Positions 28,511 through 39,618 of a DNA stretch of 56,106 nucleotides are shown in pieces (position 1 is the stretch's first letter; the number at the start of each line of letters is the position of its first letter). The DNA comes from Candidatus Kuenenia stuttgartensis (GTDB taxonomy: Bacteria; Planctomycetota; Planctomycetia; Pirellulales; UBA1268). Where the stretch lies: NCBI GenBank assembly GCA_943332855.1, contig CALQRA010000003.1:1-56106 (forward strand), written 5' to 3'. Position numbers and translations under genes: made by a program. The notes beneath the pieces were generated by a model. The model worked only from the letters and a program-made list of their open reading frames with translations, did not search any database and was not told the origin of the DNA.

Positions 28511-30157
28511 TCAGAAATCGAAGGCAAGCCGGCTCCCGAAGCCGTGGATCGTCCCGCTGCCGTCGTACGACGGGACTGGGACTGGTCCGGAAGGGCTGTT
28601 GGCCCACGGCGTGCTCCGGTACTCACGGTGGGTGAGGTCGTAATTGAACACGATCCGGGCGTTCGGCGTGAGGAGCCAATTGAGGCCGAGCGTCATGCCG
28701 TTGAGAAGGCCACCGTTGACCTGCCCATCATTCAGGCAGAGGTAATTGTAGCGGGCGGCTGCCTGCCAGGCCCCGAACCCGCGCGGCCTGTGCGGCGAGA
28801 GCGCGAGCAGGTGACGGGGTTGCGGGCGGTCGAAGCGGTGCTCGACGAGGGAGTAGGTCCGGCTCTCGCCGGTGAGAAAGTAGGTCGTCTCTACATAGCC
28901 TCCTTGATAGAAGACCGTTCCCACCGGAGTGCCCGGGGGCGGTTGCCACCCGGCGGTCGACAGCGGGCCGATGTCGGTCGTGGCAGCGTCGTAGAGCCAC
29001 GAGCCGAAGTATTCGGCCTGCATCGACCAGGGGCCGGCATTGGCGACCAACTCGGTGCCGAGCATGTTTTGCCACGAGCCGGCCAGGACGCCGGAGTCGG
29101 CATAGATGGCGTTGTCGGGGCCCGGGGGGCCGTTCCACAGCCCGCCACGGCTGCGAAAGCGCACGAGGCCGTTGCGGGGTTGCATCGTCCGTCCGGCGAG
29201 GCCGAGATGGAGGAGTCTGCGACCTCCATCCTCGTAGGTCGGCACCCAGACGACCCGGCCGGATGTCATGCTTCCCCCGGCGAAGTCGGAGAATCCGAAC
29301 GGGGCGGCGGTGTTGGCGAACTCGCCGGCCTCCCAGCCGAGGAGTCCGTCGGCCGTGCCGTTGCGCGCCGCGATCCCGGGAACGAAGCCGTCGTTGAAGG
29401 GGCCGACAAAGGCATCCTGGCAGAACGACCGCTCCATGAAGTCGAGGGAACGGCAACTGGAGAGATGTTCGTAGCCAAACGGATCCTTTTGATTGCCGAC
29501 GCGGACGGCACCGAGAAGTGGCACGTCACTCATTCGCAGCCACAGGTCGGTCAGCGCGGGGAGCGGCCCGAGGCTGTTCAAAAGTGGATCGATCTGGTTG
29601 TTGGCGTTGATCTGGTTGGCGAAGTCGTATTCGGTGGCCCAATCGAATTGATCCCCCCGCCGCCCATCGACGCGGAGGCGGGCGCGGCGGAAGTTCACCG
29701 CGTCGGAAAGCGGTGGGGCGAGGCCGGCTCGATCGATCGGTTGCATGGGCCCCGCACTCGCCGCATAGGCGGTGTCATCGAGTTGAACGAGGCCGCCGAT
29801 GCGGACCGAGGCTGTCGCCGGCTCGTCGCCGTGGAGCGGGTCGTCCCCGAATCGGACCGCAGCGCTCTCGTGGCCACTCCCCTCCCAGATCGGCGGCGAC
29901 GGGATCGGACGGCGTTCCTCGTCGGCCGGTGGTGACGGTGACTGCGATGAAGGGGCAGGTGATGGCGGGGGCGGAAGGGGCTCGACCATTCCCTCGGCCA
30001 CGCCAGCGATGCCGAACGGACGACGAGGCTCCGCCGCCGGGGGAGGACCGGCAATGCCCGAGACGGGACAGCCGATGGCGACGAGGGCGGCGAGGAGGGC
30101 CGTCAGTCCTGCGGCGCGCTTGCGGCGGGCGCAGCGGGGGGGCGATCCGCTGGCCAT
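28511..30157 (-). CDS. OprO/OprP-family (phosphate-selective porin-like) outer membrane porin, copy 1
   Basis: Signal peptide, 'NFRRARLRVDG', 'RVGNQKDPFGYEHLSSCRSLDFMERS', 'GGYVETTYFLTGESR', 'TLGLNWLLTPN', C-terminal '...RLAFDF'. Start uncertain. Confidence 0.85.
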   Translation of the reverse strand: MASGSPPRCARRKRAAGLTALLAALVAIGCPVSGIAGPPPAAEPRRPFGIAGVAEGMVEPLPPPPSPAPSSQSPSPPADEERRPIPSPPIWEGSGHESAAVRFGDDPLHGDEPATASVRIGGLVQLDDTAYAASAGPMQPIDRAGLAPPLSDAVNFRRARLRVDGRRGDQFDWATEYDFANQINANNQIDPLLNSLGPLPALTDLWLRMSDVPLLGAVRVGNQKDPFGYEHLSSCRSLDFMERSFCQDAFVGPFNDGFVPGIAARNGTADGLLGWEAGEFANTAAPFGFSDFAGGSMTSGRVVWVPTYEDGGRRLLHLGLAGRTMQPRNGLVRFRSRGGLWNGPPGPDNAIYADSGVLAGSWQNMLGTELVANAGPWSMQAEYFGSWLYDAATTDIGPLSTAGWQPPPGTPVGTVFYQGGYVETTYFLTGESRTYSLVEHRFDRPQPRHLLALSPHRPRGFGAWQAAARYNYLCLNDGQVNGGLLNGMTLGLNWLLTPNARIVFNYDLTHREYRSTPWANSPSGPVPVPSYDGSGTIHGFGSRLAFDF

Positions 30158-30382
30158 AGGCCTGCGGAGGGACCGTCGCTTTGAGTTCCCGGCAGGGTCT
30201 TCCACGTCGCGACAATCCTCATGGGAGGTATCCCAGGAAGAATCGTCAGAGTCGGGGAAATGAGGGGAGCGACCGGTTCAGAAGTGAGCGTCAGGCAGGA
30301 TGCCGTGGAGATGCCGGGCGCGATGGCGCTCCCGGATCGGCTGATTGGGGGAGATGCGTTGGCTTTCCGACCGGCTTGGCCC

Positions 30383-30997
30383 TCAATGACACCAGGAGAA
30401 CACCCGCTCGAAGGCCGAGCCGAGGCAGCGACAGCCGAGGCAGCGGCAGGCTGGCTCCGGCTCACAGCACGGGGCTGCCGGCTTCATCACCACCTCGTAC
30501 TTGAGAACCCGCTCCACCTTCTCCTCTTCCGTCTTGAAGAGCTTTTTCTTCGTGTGAACGTTGCCGCAGGGGGTGGTCTTCTCCTCGCAGCAGTTGCCCT
30601 GGTGGTAGGGCTCCCACGGCCGGGTGCACTCGAAGTCGCACTTCTGGGTGAATGTCGCCTTCTTCGTCTTCTTGTCGTCCCACTTCGCCTTGCAGGTGGC
30701 CACTTGGGGGATGCACGAGGTGCAGCCGGGCTTTCCACAGCCCTTCCCCTTGGTCGCTGCTTCAGTTCCCCCCTTCTCTGCGCTTTGGGAGGGAACAGCC
30801 GGATCGGGGACGGGAGCGACCTTCTGGCCGCTGGGCGGCCGGGCCGGAAGGTCCTCCGGTAACGCGGGCTGCTTGCTGCCGGCCTGGGCCAGACGCGGCG
30901 GAAGAGTCTGCCCACGATCGGCCGGCGGGGCTGCGGTCACGATGCCAACGGTCGCCACGAGGATCGCCAGCGACAGGGGAGCAGGGTGGAGACGCAT
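30383..30997 (-). CDS. Secreted cysteine/lysine-rich hypothetical protein
   Basis: Signal peptide (MRLHPAPLSLAILVATVGIVTA), Pro-rich linker, then 16 Cys in the C-terminal ~120 aa; lies between the two porin genes on the same strand. Confidence 0.75.
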   Translation of the reverse strand: MRLHPAPLSLAILVATVGIVTAAPPADRGQTLPPRLAQAGSKQPALPEDLPARPPSGQKVAPVPDPAVPSQSAEKGGTEAATKGKGCGKPGCTSCIPQVATCKAKWDDKKTKKATFTQKCDFECTRPWEPYHQGNCCEEKTTPCGNVHTKKKLFKTEEEKVERVLKYEVVMKPAAPCCEPEPACRCLGCRCLGSAFERVFSWCH

Positions 30998-31040
30998 GTC
31001 GAGAAACTCCTTCGCTTCCGGCGGTCGGCCGGATGTGGGA

Positions 31041-32810
31041 TCAGAAGTCGAAGGCCAGCCGGGTGCCGAAGCCGGTGATCCAACCGCTGGCGTTGTTGTT
31101 GAGGTTGTTGGTGAAATCGCGGTAGGCGAAGTCGTAGTTGAAGTAGAGACGCGAGTTGGGATTGAACATCCAGTTCACGCCGAACGTCAGCGCGTTGAGC
31201 GTGCCACCGTTGATCTGGTGATCGGAGAGACAGGCGTACTGGTACCGCATCGCCACCTGGACCGCACCTTCGCTTGCCCGCAGCCGGCCGGTGGGATCGC
31301 GGACGACATAGAAATTGTTTCGCGGGATCGGGCGGTCGAAGCGGGCCTCGAGTCGGTCGTAGGCCCGCGATTCACCGGTCACGAAATAGAGCACCTCGGC
31401 ATAGCCGGAGTTCGTGAAGTAGGTTCCGCAGGGCGCTCCATTGGGCTGGAGTCCGGCCGTGCCGTAATTGGGCGACTTGGGATCGAAGGCTCCGGTCGCT
31501 GACGTGGTGTTGTAGAGCCAATTGGCGAAGTACTCCGATTGGAATGACCACGGGCCGTTGTTCCCCACCAGCTCGAGCCCCATCTGGTTGATCCAGTCCC
31601 CCCTCAGCAATCCGGAGTCGATGTAGATCGCGTTGAGCGGGCCGGGGGGGCCATCGCGGAGGTTGCCACGGGTGCGGTAGCGGACCTGGCCGTTGTTGGT
31701 CTGCATCGCCCGGCCGGCGACACCGAGGTGGAGGAGCTTCTTCCCCTCGTCCTCGTAGTACGGCAGCCAGGTGAGCCGGCCGACCGCGGCATTGCCGGAG
31801 GAGTTGTCGATGAAGCCGAACGGATTGACGGTGTTCTTGAACGCTCCCACCGACCAGGTCGCTCTCTGGTCATCGGTGGTGTTGAGGAGCCGGACGCCGG
31901 GCACGAAGCCGTTGTTGAAGGGGCCCTCGTAGAGGTCCTGGGCATAGGACCGTTCCATGAAGTTGAGCCAGCGACTGCTCGTCAGGTGCTCGAAGCCGAA
32001 GGGATCCTTCTGGTTGCCGCCACGGATGATGCCGACGCCGGGGACCTCGCGGATCTGGATCCAGTTTTCGGTGATCGCGGCGTAGTTGCCCAGCGACGAC
32101 TCCGTGGGAAAGGTCGCGGCGTTGGCGTTCAATTGGTTCGAGAAGTCGTATTCACCGACGAAGTCGTAGAGCTCGTACATCCGGCCGTCGACGCGGAGAC
32201 GGGCGCGACGGAAGTCCATCGCGTTTCGGAGCAGCGGTGCCAGGCCGCCTTGAGCCTGGGGTTGGGCTGGGCCGGGGCCCTCCGTGAACGACACCTCGTC
32301 CATCTGGATCCGGCCCCCCACCTTGACGCGGAAGTCCTTGTGGGCGCTCTCCGCCTGGAGTCCGTAATTCCACTTCGCCGTCATCCCCAGGTCACTGCCG
32401 ACCTCGTAGGGCTCCTCCGGCTTTTTTTCATCCTTCTTGGCGTCTTTGGCGCCGCCATCCTGAGCGCCGGCGTCCATGCCCGCCGGCTTCGGGTCGGGAA
32501 CGGGAATCGATTCGACGCGCTTTGCCGCCTTCTTTTCGAGCTCCGCCAACCGCTTTTCGAGGGCCGCCACCTTCTTCCGGTCGTCCTGGAAGGCCTCGCT
32601 GACGTCATCGAAGGAATTGAAGCCAGCGGTGACACTCGGCAGCGTGAGGGCCGGGGCGTCGTCGGTTTCGGCGATCACCAGATAGGGCTCGGCAGCCGCC
32701 GCCGGGGCGGACCCTTGGTTGGCCAAGCCGACGAGGGCAGCGGCCCCCCAGGCCAGCCGCCTCCACGGTTTGCCCCAGGGCAAAATAGGTTGGTCGGTGG
32801 GGAGGGGCAT
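31041..32810 (-). CDS. OprO/OprP-family outer membrane porin, copy 2
   Basis: Signal peptide, coiled coil (KKVAALEKRLAELEKK), 'DFRRARLRVDG', 'GNQKDPFGFEHLTSSRWLNFMERS', 'GYAEVLYFVTGESR', 'TFGVNWMFNPN', C-terminal 'RLAFDF'. Confidence 0.88.
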   Translation of the reverse strand: MPLPTDQPILPWGKPWRRLAWGAAALVGLANQGSAPAAAAEPYLVIAETDDAPALTLPSVTAGFNSFDDVSEAFQDDRKKVAALEKRLAELEKKAAKRVESIPVPDPKPAGMDAGAQDGGAKDAKKDEKKPEEPYEVGSDLGMTAKWNYGLQAESAHKDFRVKVGGRIQMDEVSFTEGPGPAQPQAQGGLAPLLRNAMDFRRARLRVDGRMYELYDFVGEYDFSNQLNANAATFPTESSLGNYAAITENWIQIREVPGVGIIRGGNQKDPFGFEHLTSSRWLNFMERSYAQDLYEGPFNNGFVPGVRLLNTTDDQRATWSVGAFKNTVNPFGFIDNSSGNAAVGRLTWLPYYEDEGKKLLHLGVAGRAMQTNNGQVRYRTRGNLRDGPPGPLNAIYIDSGLLRGDWINQMGLELVGNNGPWSFQSEYFANWLYNTTSATGAFDPKSPNYGTAGLQPNGAPCGTYFTNSGYAEVLYFVTGESRAYDRLEARFDRPIPRNNFYVVRDPTGRLRASEGAVQVAMRYQYACLSDHQINGGTLNALTFGVNWMFNPNSRLYFNYDFAYRDFTNNLNNNASGWITGFGTRLAFDF

Positions 32811-32838
32811 GACAGTCGACTCCGGATGGCACAGCCTG

Positions 32839-32877
32839 CCTGATCGTCACAGTCGGTCGCCGACCTTGACGATCAGG
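32839..32877 (-). promoter_or_regulatory. Long stem-loop / palindrome in the porin leader region
   Basis: CCTGATCGTCA (32839-49) and TGACGATCAGG (32867-77) form a perfect 11-bp inverted repeat with an inner GTCGG/CCGAC stem. Confidence 0.5.
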
Positions 32878-32999
32878 AAAACAATGACGGATTCGGCAGG
32901 CCCGCAGGCCCCCCTCCCCTTCGCTTCCCCCGCAGAGTGCCAAGGGGGCGGCCGATGCACCCCCTGGGGCAACCCCGCCGCCGGAACTGGCGCCCGCCG

Positions 33000-34463
33000 T
33001 TAGGCCGACTGCCGGCGCACTGGCCGCAGCGGGATGACGACGGTGACCGTCACTCCCTGGCCGACGCCGCGGCTCTCGAGACCGATCCTGCCGCCGTGGC
33101 GTTCGACGATCGAACGGCAGATCGAGAGCCCCAGCCCACCCCCCCGTTTGATGTCCCCGCGATCGCGGGCGGCCTCCGCTTGGAAGAAGCGGTCAAACAC
33201 CCGTGTGAGGTGCTCTTCATCGACTCCCCGGCCGTTGTCCGAAACCGTCACGACCGCTTCGGCGTTTGCCTGGCTGGCCTCAACGGCGAGGTCGATCTGC
33301 CCGCCTTCAGGGGTGAAGCGGAGGGCATTGTCGACGAGGTTGCTGATCACCTGACGAAGTTGACGCTCATCCCCCCGGACAACCGCCTTCCCGTTGGACT
33401 GGATGGTCATCGAGATCGACCGCTCCTCGGCGGTGCCGCCGAACATCGCCGCGGTCTGCCGGACGACCTGTTCGAGGTCGCAGACCTGATTGAATACGGA
33501 GCCGAGGCTGTTGCCGACCTCGGCGAGGAGGAGGAGATCGTTGGCCAATTTGGTGAGATGGCGGGTCTCGCCGAGCGCCTCCTCGAGGGTCCCCTGATAC
33601 GAATCGAGGCTCCTGTCCTTGGCCGTCGCCACCTCGAGGGCGTTTTGCATCGCGGCCAGCGGTCCGCGGAGTTCGTGGGCTGCATCGGCGACGAACTGCT
33701 GCTGTTGCTCCACATGTCGGGCCACCTGGTCGAGGAGGCGGTTGATCGTGCGCGAGAGTTGGTCGAGTTCGTCCTCCGTACCCCGCGTCGGCAAACGGTC
33801 GCCAAGTTTCGTCGGTTTGAGGCGGCCGGCCGTCTTGAGAATCCCGGCAATCGGCCGGAGCGCGCGGAGTGCCAGCCAGTAACCGGCCAGCGGCGTCAGG
33901 AGGGTGAAGCCGACGCCGATGGGAAGGAGGAACCAGGTCAAATCGTCGACATCCTGCTCGATGACCTTGTCGGGCATGCCGATCCGCACATAGAGCTTTT
34001 CCCCTTCGCTGGTGTCGATGAGTCGCCGCGCCCAGCGGTGCTTCGCGAATCGTCTCACCGTCTCCTTCACTGATTCGTCGACCGGCAGGTGGAGGATCGC
34101 CTCCGGGCAGTTTGGGCTGGCCCAGAGCGTCTTAGAACCGTCGAGGAGATGGAGGAACCAGGCGCGATCGCGATGGCTCTCCGCCTTGCGCCGCAGTTCC
34201 GCCACGAGCAGATCGCGGCTGGCGATGAAATCGGCGGAATTCGGCCGGAACTCATCGAGCGACATCGCCACCTCGCGAACTTCCCCGAGGAGCGTCTCCT
34301 CGGTCTCGCGGAACAGCGCCTCGCGCACCCCGACGCGCACGGCGGAGAGGAGGATGAGCATGGCCAGGAGGACGGCCGCCGAATTGAGGAGCGTGAGCCG
34401 GACGCGAAGCGATCCCCAGGGGATGAGCCTGAAGAACGGCACGTCAATCGATGGCCAGGGCAT
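33000..34463 (-). CDS. Membrane sensor histidine kinase (HAMP-HisKA-HATPase; CusS/CzcS-like)
   Basis: Two TM segments, HAMP ('EDELDQLSRTINRLLD'), 'ADAAHELRGPL', 'NLVDNALRF', 'GGGLGLSIC'; start overlaps the upstream regulator. Confidence 0.9.
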   Translation of the reverse strand: MPWPSIDVPFFRLIPWGSLRVRLTLLNSAAVLLAMLILLSAVRVGVREALFRETEETLLGEVREVAMSLDEFRPNSADFIASRDLLVAELRRKAESHRDRAWFLHLLDGSKTLWASPNCPEAILHLPVDESVKETVRRFAKHRWARRLIDTSEGEKLYVRIGMPDKVIEQDVDDLTWFLLPIGVGFTLLTPLAGYWLALRALRPIAGILKTAGRLKPTKLGDRLPTRGTEDELDQLSRTINRLLDQVARHVEQQQQFVADAAHELRGPLAAMQNALEVATAKDRSLDSYQGTLEEALGETRHLTKLANDLLLLAEVGNSLGSVFNQVCDLEQVVRQTAAMFGGTAEERSISMTIQSNGKAVVRGDERQLRQVISNLVDNALRFTPEGGQIDLAVEASQANAEAVVTVSDNGRGVDEEHLTRVFDRFFQAEAARDRGDIKRGGGLGLSICRSIVERHGGRIGLESRGVGQGVTVTVVIPLRPVRRQSA

Positions 34464-35115
34464 AGCCTCGTCCGCGGATGGTTTGGATGAAGGAATCCTC
34501 ACGCCCCTTGTCGAGCTTGCCCCGGAGCCGGTTGATGTGGACCTCGATGACGTTCGTGGGGCCGTCCCAGTCGAAGGCCCAGACATGCTCACAGAGCATC
34601 TTCCGGGTTACTACTTGGCCGTTGAAGCGCATGAGGAGTTCGAGAATGCTGAACTCGGTCGGGGTCAGGTCGATGGTCCGCTCGTTGAGCGACAAACGCT
34701 TTGTCGACAGGCTCAAATGGAGTGGGCCGGCCTCGATCTCCATCGTCGGCTTGTTCGACGTGCGGCGGTGGATCGCCTGGATCCGGGCGAGGAGCTCATC
34801 GATGGCGAACGGCTTGACGAGGTAGTCGTCGGCCCCAGAGCGGAAGCCGGCGAGCTTATCGGCGACGGTGCCCAGGGCCGTGAGGAGGATCACCGGCGTC
34901 CGCACGCCGGCATCGCGGGCCGCAGTCAGCACCTCGAGGCCGCCCATCTTCGGGAGCATGAGGTCGAGGATGACGAGGTCATTGGAGAGGAGCGTGTTTT
35001 GGCGGACGGCGGTCTCGCCGTCGGGAACCCACGTGCATTCATGGCCGGCTTCCCGAACCGCCGTGGTGACGGCCCTGGCAATGACCGGATCGTCTTCGAC
35101 GATGGCGACGTGCAT
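34444..35115 (-). CDS. OmpR/CusR-family response regulator
   Basis: 'AIVEDD', 'DLVILDLMLP', 'GADDYLVKPF', 'DLTPTEF', 'NVIEVHINRLRGKLD', 'IQTIRGRGY'. Confidence 0.93.
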   Translation of the reverse strand: MHVAIVEDDPVIARAVTTAVREAGHECTWVPDGETAVRQNTLLSNDLVILDLMLPKMGGLEVLTAARDAGVRTPVILLTALGTVADKLAGFRSGADDYLVKPFAIDELLARIQAIHRRTSNKPTMEIEAGPLHLSLSTKRLSLNERTIDLTPTEFSILELLMRFNGQVVTRKMLCEHVWAFDWDGPTNVIEVHINRLRGKLDKGREDSFIQTIRGRGYALAID

Positions 35116-35259
35116 GGTGTCTCTCGCGGGGTATGGGACTCAGCGTTAAGATACCACGCGGCCGAGTCGGTGTGTCCCTGCCTGGGTCGGGGCTTCGATG
35201 GCTGAAGAAAATGCAGTTGTGATGGTCTCGTTCGATCGTTCTATCAAGGAGAAACGCGC

Positions 35260-36951
35260 GTGCGAGAGCCTTCCCCCACCAGAGTGACGCTGCCGCTCCC
35301 TTCCGACCCGCCACGGGGAGATGCCGACGGTTTCCGTCGGTGGATCCGGGAGGATATGACGGCCGGTTTCCTCGTGTTCCTGATCGCCCTCCCCTTGTGC
35401 CTGGGAATCTCGGTCGCCTCCGGTTTTCCGCCGGTGGCGGGGGTCTTCACCGCGGTCGTCGGTGCCTGTTTGACGACCTTTCTCAGCGACTCGGAGTTGA
35501 CGATCAAGGGTCCCGCAGCGGGGTTGATCGTCATCGTTCTCGGAGCCATGCAGGCCTTCGGCTACACCGCAGGGCAGGATCCCGCCAAGGATCTCGAGGC
35601 CTATCGGCTGACGCTGGCGGTCGGTTGCGTGGCGGGCGTCGTTCAGGTGGCCTTCGGACTCCTGCGCACGGGCTTGCTCGGCGAGTTCTTTCCGACCGCG
35701 GTCGTCCACGGGATGCTCGCTGGCATCGGGGTGATCATCATCCTCAAACAGGTGCCGGTCATGCTCGGCGGAAAGGCCGCGTCCGAGCCCCTCGAAATAC
35801 TCCGCGAGATGCCGGAGACGATCCTCCATCTCAATCCGGCGATCGCCTTCATCGGCCTGGCGAGCCTGGCGATCCTCATGGCCATGCCCTGGCTCAAGCG
35901 ACGCGCTTCCGGTTCTTGGCTGGGGGGCGTGCCGGCGCAGTTGGTGGTCCTGGTGGTGGCCGTACCGATGGCCTGGTGGCTGGGCCTCGCCACAGACCAC
36001 ACCTATGCGTTCGGCGGGCAAGACTATCCGCTCGGACCGCGGTTCCTCGTCAATGTCCCGGCAAGCCTCCGTTCGGCGCTGACCTTCCCGGACTTCGGGG
36101 CCTTCTCCGATCCGTCGCTCGTGTGGGGGTCGATCAAGTGGGTTGTGATGTTCGCACTCGTCGGAAACCTTGAATCAATGCTCAGCGCCAAGGCGATCGA
36201 CATGGTCGATCCCTGGAAGCGGAAGACGACGCTGGACCGTGACCTCGTGGCCGTGGGCACGGCAAACGTCGTGGCTGCGGCCGTCGGTGGTCTTCCGATG
36301 ATCTCGGAGATCGTTCGCAGCAAAGCGAACATCGACAACGGCGCGCGGACTCGATTCGCCGACTTCTGGCACGGAATCTTCCTGTTGGCGTTCGTGGCAC
36401 TCGCGCCCTGGTTGATCCGCAGCATCCCGTTGGCGGCCCTGGCTGCCATGCTCGTCTACACCGGGTCAAGGCTTGCCTCGCCTTCCGAGTTCATCAGTAT
36501 CTGGCGGATCGGGCGGGAGCAGATGGTCATTTTCGCAAGCACGATCGTGGGGGTGCTGGCGACCGATCTGCTCGTCGGGGTGATCATCGGTGTGGGGGTG
36601 AAGTTCCTGATCCATGCCATCAACGGTCTGCCGTTGTCGACGATCTTCAAGCCCTTCCTCGAGGTCCGCGTCATCGACGACAAGACCGTGCAGATCGATG
36701 CGGTCGGCTCGGCAGTCTTCAGCAACTGGCTGCCATTCCGCGCCCAGATCGAGAAACTCGGGCTCCTCGAGGGAAACAACGTGATCGTCAACCTCGAAGG
36801 CACTCGGCTGGTTGATCACAGCGTCCTCGAGAAACTGCATGAGCTCGAGGACGACTTCTCCCGGGCGGGACTCCGGCTCGAGATTGTGGGGCTGGAGGGG
36901 CATAGGCCGCTGTCGAGTCACCCCTTCGCGACGAGGAAGCGGGCGGTGTGA
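35260..36951 (+). CDS. SulP/SLC26 inorganic anion transporter with STAS-like C-terminus
   Basis: 'GFLVFLIALPLCLGISVASG', 'IKGPAAGL', 'GLPMISEIVRS', C-terminal 'VIVNLEGTRLVDHS'. AAGGAG RBS precedes GTG 35260. Confidence 0.9.
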   Translation: MREPSPTRVTLPLPSDPPRGDADGFRRWIREDMTAGFLVFLIALPLCLGISVASGFPPVAGVFTAVVGACLTTFLSDSELTIKGPAAGLIVIVLGAMQAFGYTAGQDPAKDLEAYRLTLAVGCVAGVVQVAFGLLRTGLLGEFFPTAVVHGMLAGIGVIIILKQVPVMLGGKAASEPLEILREMPETILHLNPAIAFIGLASLAILMAMPWLKRRASGSWLGGVPAQLVVLVVAVPMAWWLGLATDHTYAFGGQDYPLGPRFLVNVPASLRSALTFPDFGAFSDPSLVWGSIKWVVMFALVGNLESMLSAKAIDMVDPWKRKTTLDRDLVAVGTANVVAAAVGGLPMISEIVRSKANIDNGARTRFADFWHGIFLLAFVALAPWLIRSIPLAALAAMLVYTGSRLASPSEFISIWRIGREQMVIFASTIVGVLATDLLVGVIIGVGVKFLIHAINGLPLSTIFKPFLEVRVIDDKTVQIDAVGSAVFSNWLPFRAQIEKLGLLEGNNVIVNLEGTRLVDHSVLEKLHELEDDFSRAGLRLEIVGLEGHRPLSSHPFATRKRAV

Positions 36952-36985
36952 CCGGCCGCGGGGCTGCCGCATGGTCCGACCGGTC

Positions 36986-38569
<1,584 letters not shown>

Positions 38570-38772
38570 GGCTGGGGGCCGCGTGGGGCGGGAGCGGAAA
38601 AGCCCGAGAGTATAGGTGTTGGACCGATCGTTGTCGCAATCGGACGGGAATTCCCTCCGACGCCTCCGCCGGGCGGGGAACGGCTGCTCCGGGGAACTTC
38701 CCGCCTCAGACGCGCAGGGGGTACGATCGCGGCCGGCCCGTTGGCGTCGCCAGTCCCCCCCGAGGAGGTCCA

Positions 38773-39534
38773 GTGCTCACCCTGCTCACGAATGACGACG
38801 GGATTTTTGCCCCCGGTCTGGCCGCGATGGAGCGGGCCCTGACCCGCCTCGGCGAGGTCGTCGCCGTTGCCCCATCGACCGAGCAGAGCGGGGTCGGGCA
38901 TGCGATCACCTTCCTCACACCGCTGACGGCGAAGCAGGTATTCAACGGTCATTCAAGCCGGGGATGGGCCGTCGACGGCAGCCCGGCCGATGCCGTCAAG
39001 CTGGGGATCACCCAGTTCCTCCCGCGCCGGCCCGATGTGGTTGTCAGCGGGATCAACAGCGGCCTCAATGCCGGGATCAATGTCCTCTATTCGGGCACGG
39101 TGGCGGCGGCGATCGAGGGGGCCTTCTTCGGGATCACGAGCGTCGCCGTCAGCCTCGAGTGGGACGAGCATGCCGACTACGACCGGGCCGCCGCGATCGC
39201 CATCGACGTGATCGCCGAACTGCTCCGCCGCTCCCCGCCGGCTGGAAGCCTCTTCAATCTCAACATCCCGACGTCCGCCCTGACCGGGCGCCGTGAGCTG
39301 CGGGTCGTGCCGATGAGCACGGCCCGCTACGGCGAGGCCTACGAGCGACGCGTCGATCCACGCGGCCGATCCTACTACTGGGCGACGAACGATCCGCCCC
39401 CGCCGCCGTCGCTGAACGAATCGGATGTCACGGCCCTCGCAGCGGGCCATGTCACGCTCACGCCGCTCGACTACGACCTCACCCACCGCGCCGCCCTCGA
39501 CGAGCTCGCCGAGGGGGTGTGGAAGCTGGGGTGA
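38773..39534 (+). CDS. surE: 5'/3'-nucleotidase SurE
   Basis: '[13 protein letters not shown]', '[11 protein letters not shown]', '[25 protein letters not shown]'. GAGGAGG RBS. Confidence 0.95.
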   Translation: MLTLLTNDDGIFAPGLAAMERALTRLGEVVAVAPSTEQSGVGHAITFLTPLTAKQVFNGHSSRGWAVDGSPADAVKLGITQFLPRRPDVVVSGINSGLNAGINVLYSGTVAAAIEGAFFGITSVAVSLEWDEHADYDRAAAIAIDVIAELLRRSPPAGSLFNLNIPTSALTGRRELRVVPMSTARYGEAYERRVDPRGRSYYWATNDPPPPPSLNESDVTALAAGHVTLTPLDYDLTHRAALDELAEGVWKLG

Positions 39535-39540
39535 CCCGCC

Positions 39541-39588
39541 TTTGGCCCGCGTTTGGCCCGCGTTTGGCCCGCGTTTGGCCCGCGTTTG
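39541..39588. repeat. 11-bp tandem repeat (GTTTGGCCCGC)
   Basis: 4 units plus a partial, starting just after the surE stop, between convergent genes. Confidence 0.93.
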
Positions 39589-39600
39589 AAAAGGGGGGGG

Positions 39601-39616
39601 CGCGGGGGAGCCCGCG
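39601..39616. terminator. Small GC hairpin at the convergent surE/kinase junction
   Basis: CGCGGG-GGAG-CCCGCG; no clear U-tract on either side. Confidence 0.3.
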
Positions 39617-39618
39617 GC

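Noticed and set aside
32811-32999. Pho box upstream of the porins (and upstream of btaA)
   Set aside because: GTCA half-sites are not at 11-bp spacing, and the CTGTCAT match simply overlaps the start codon.
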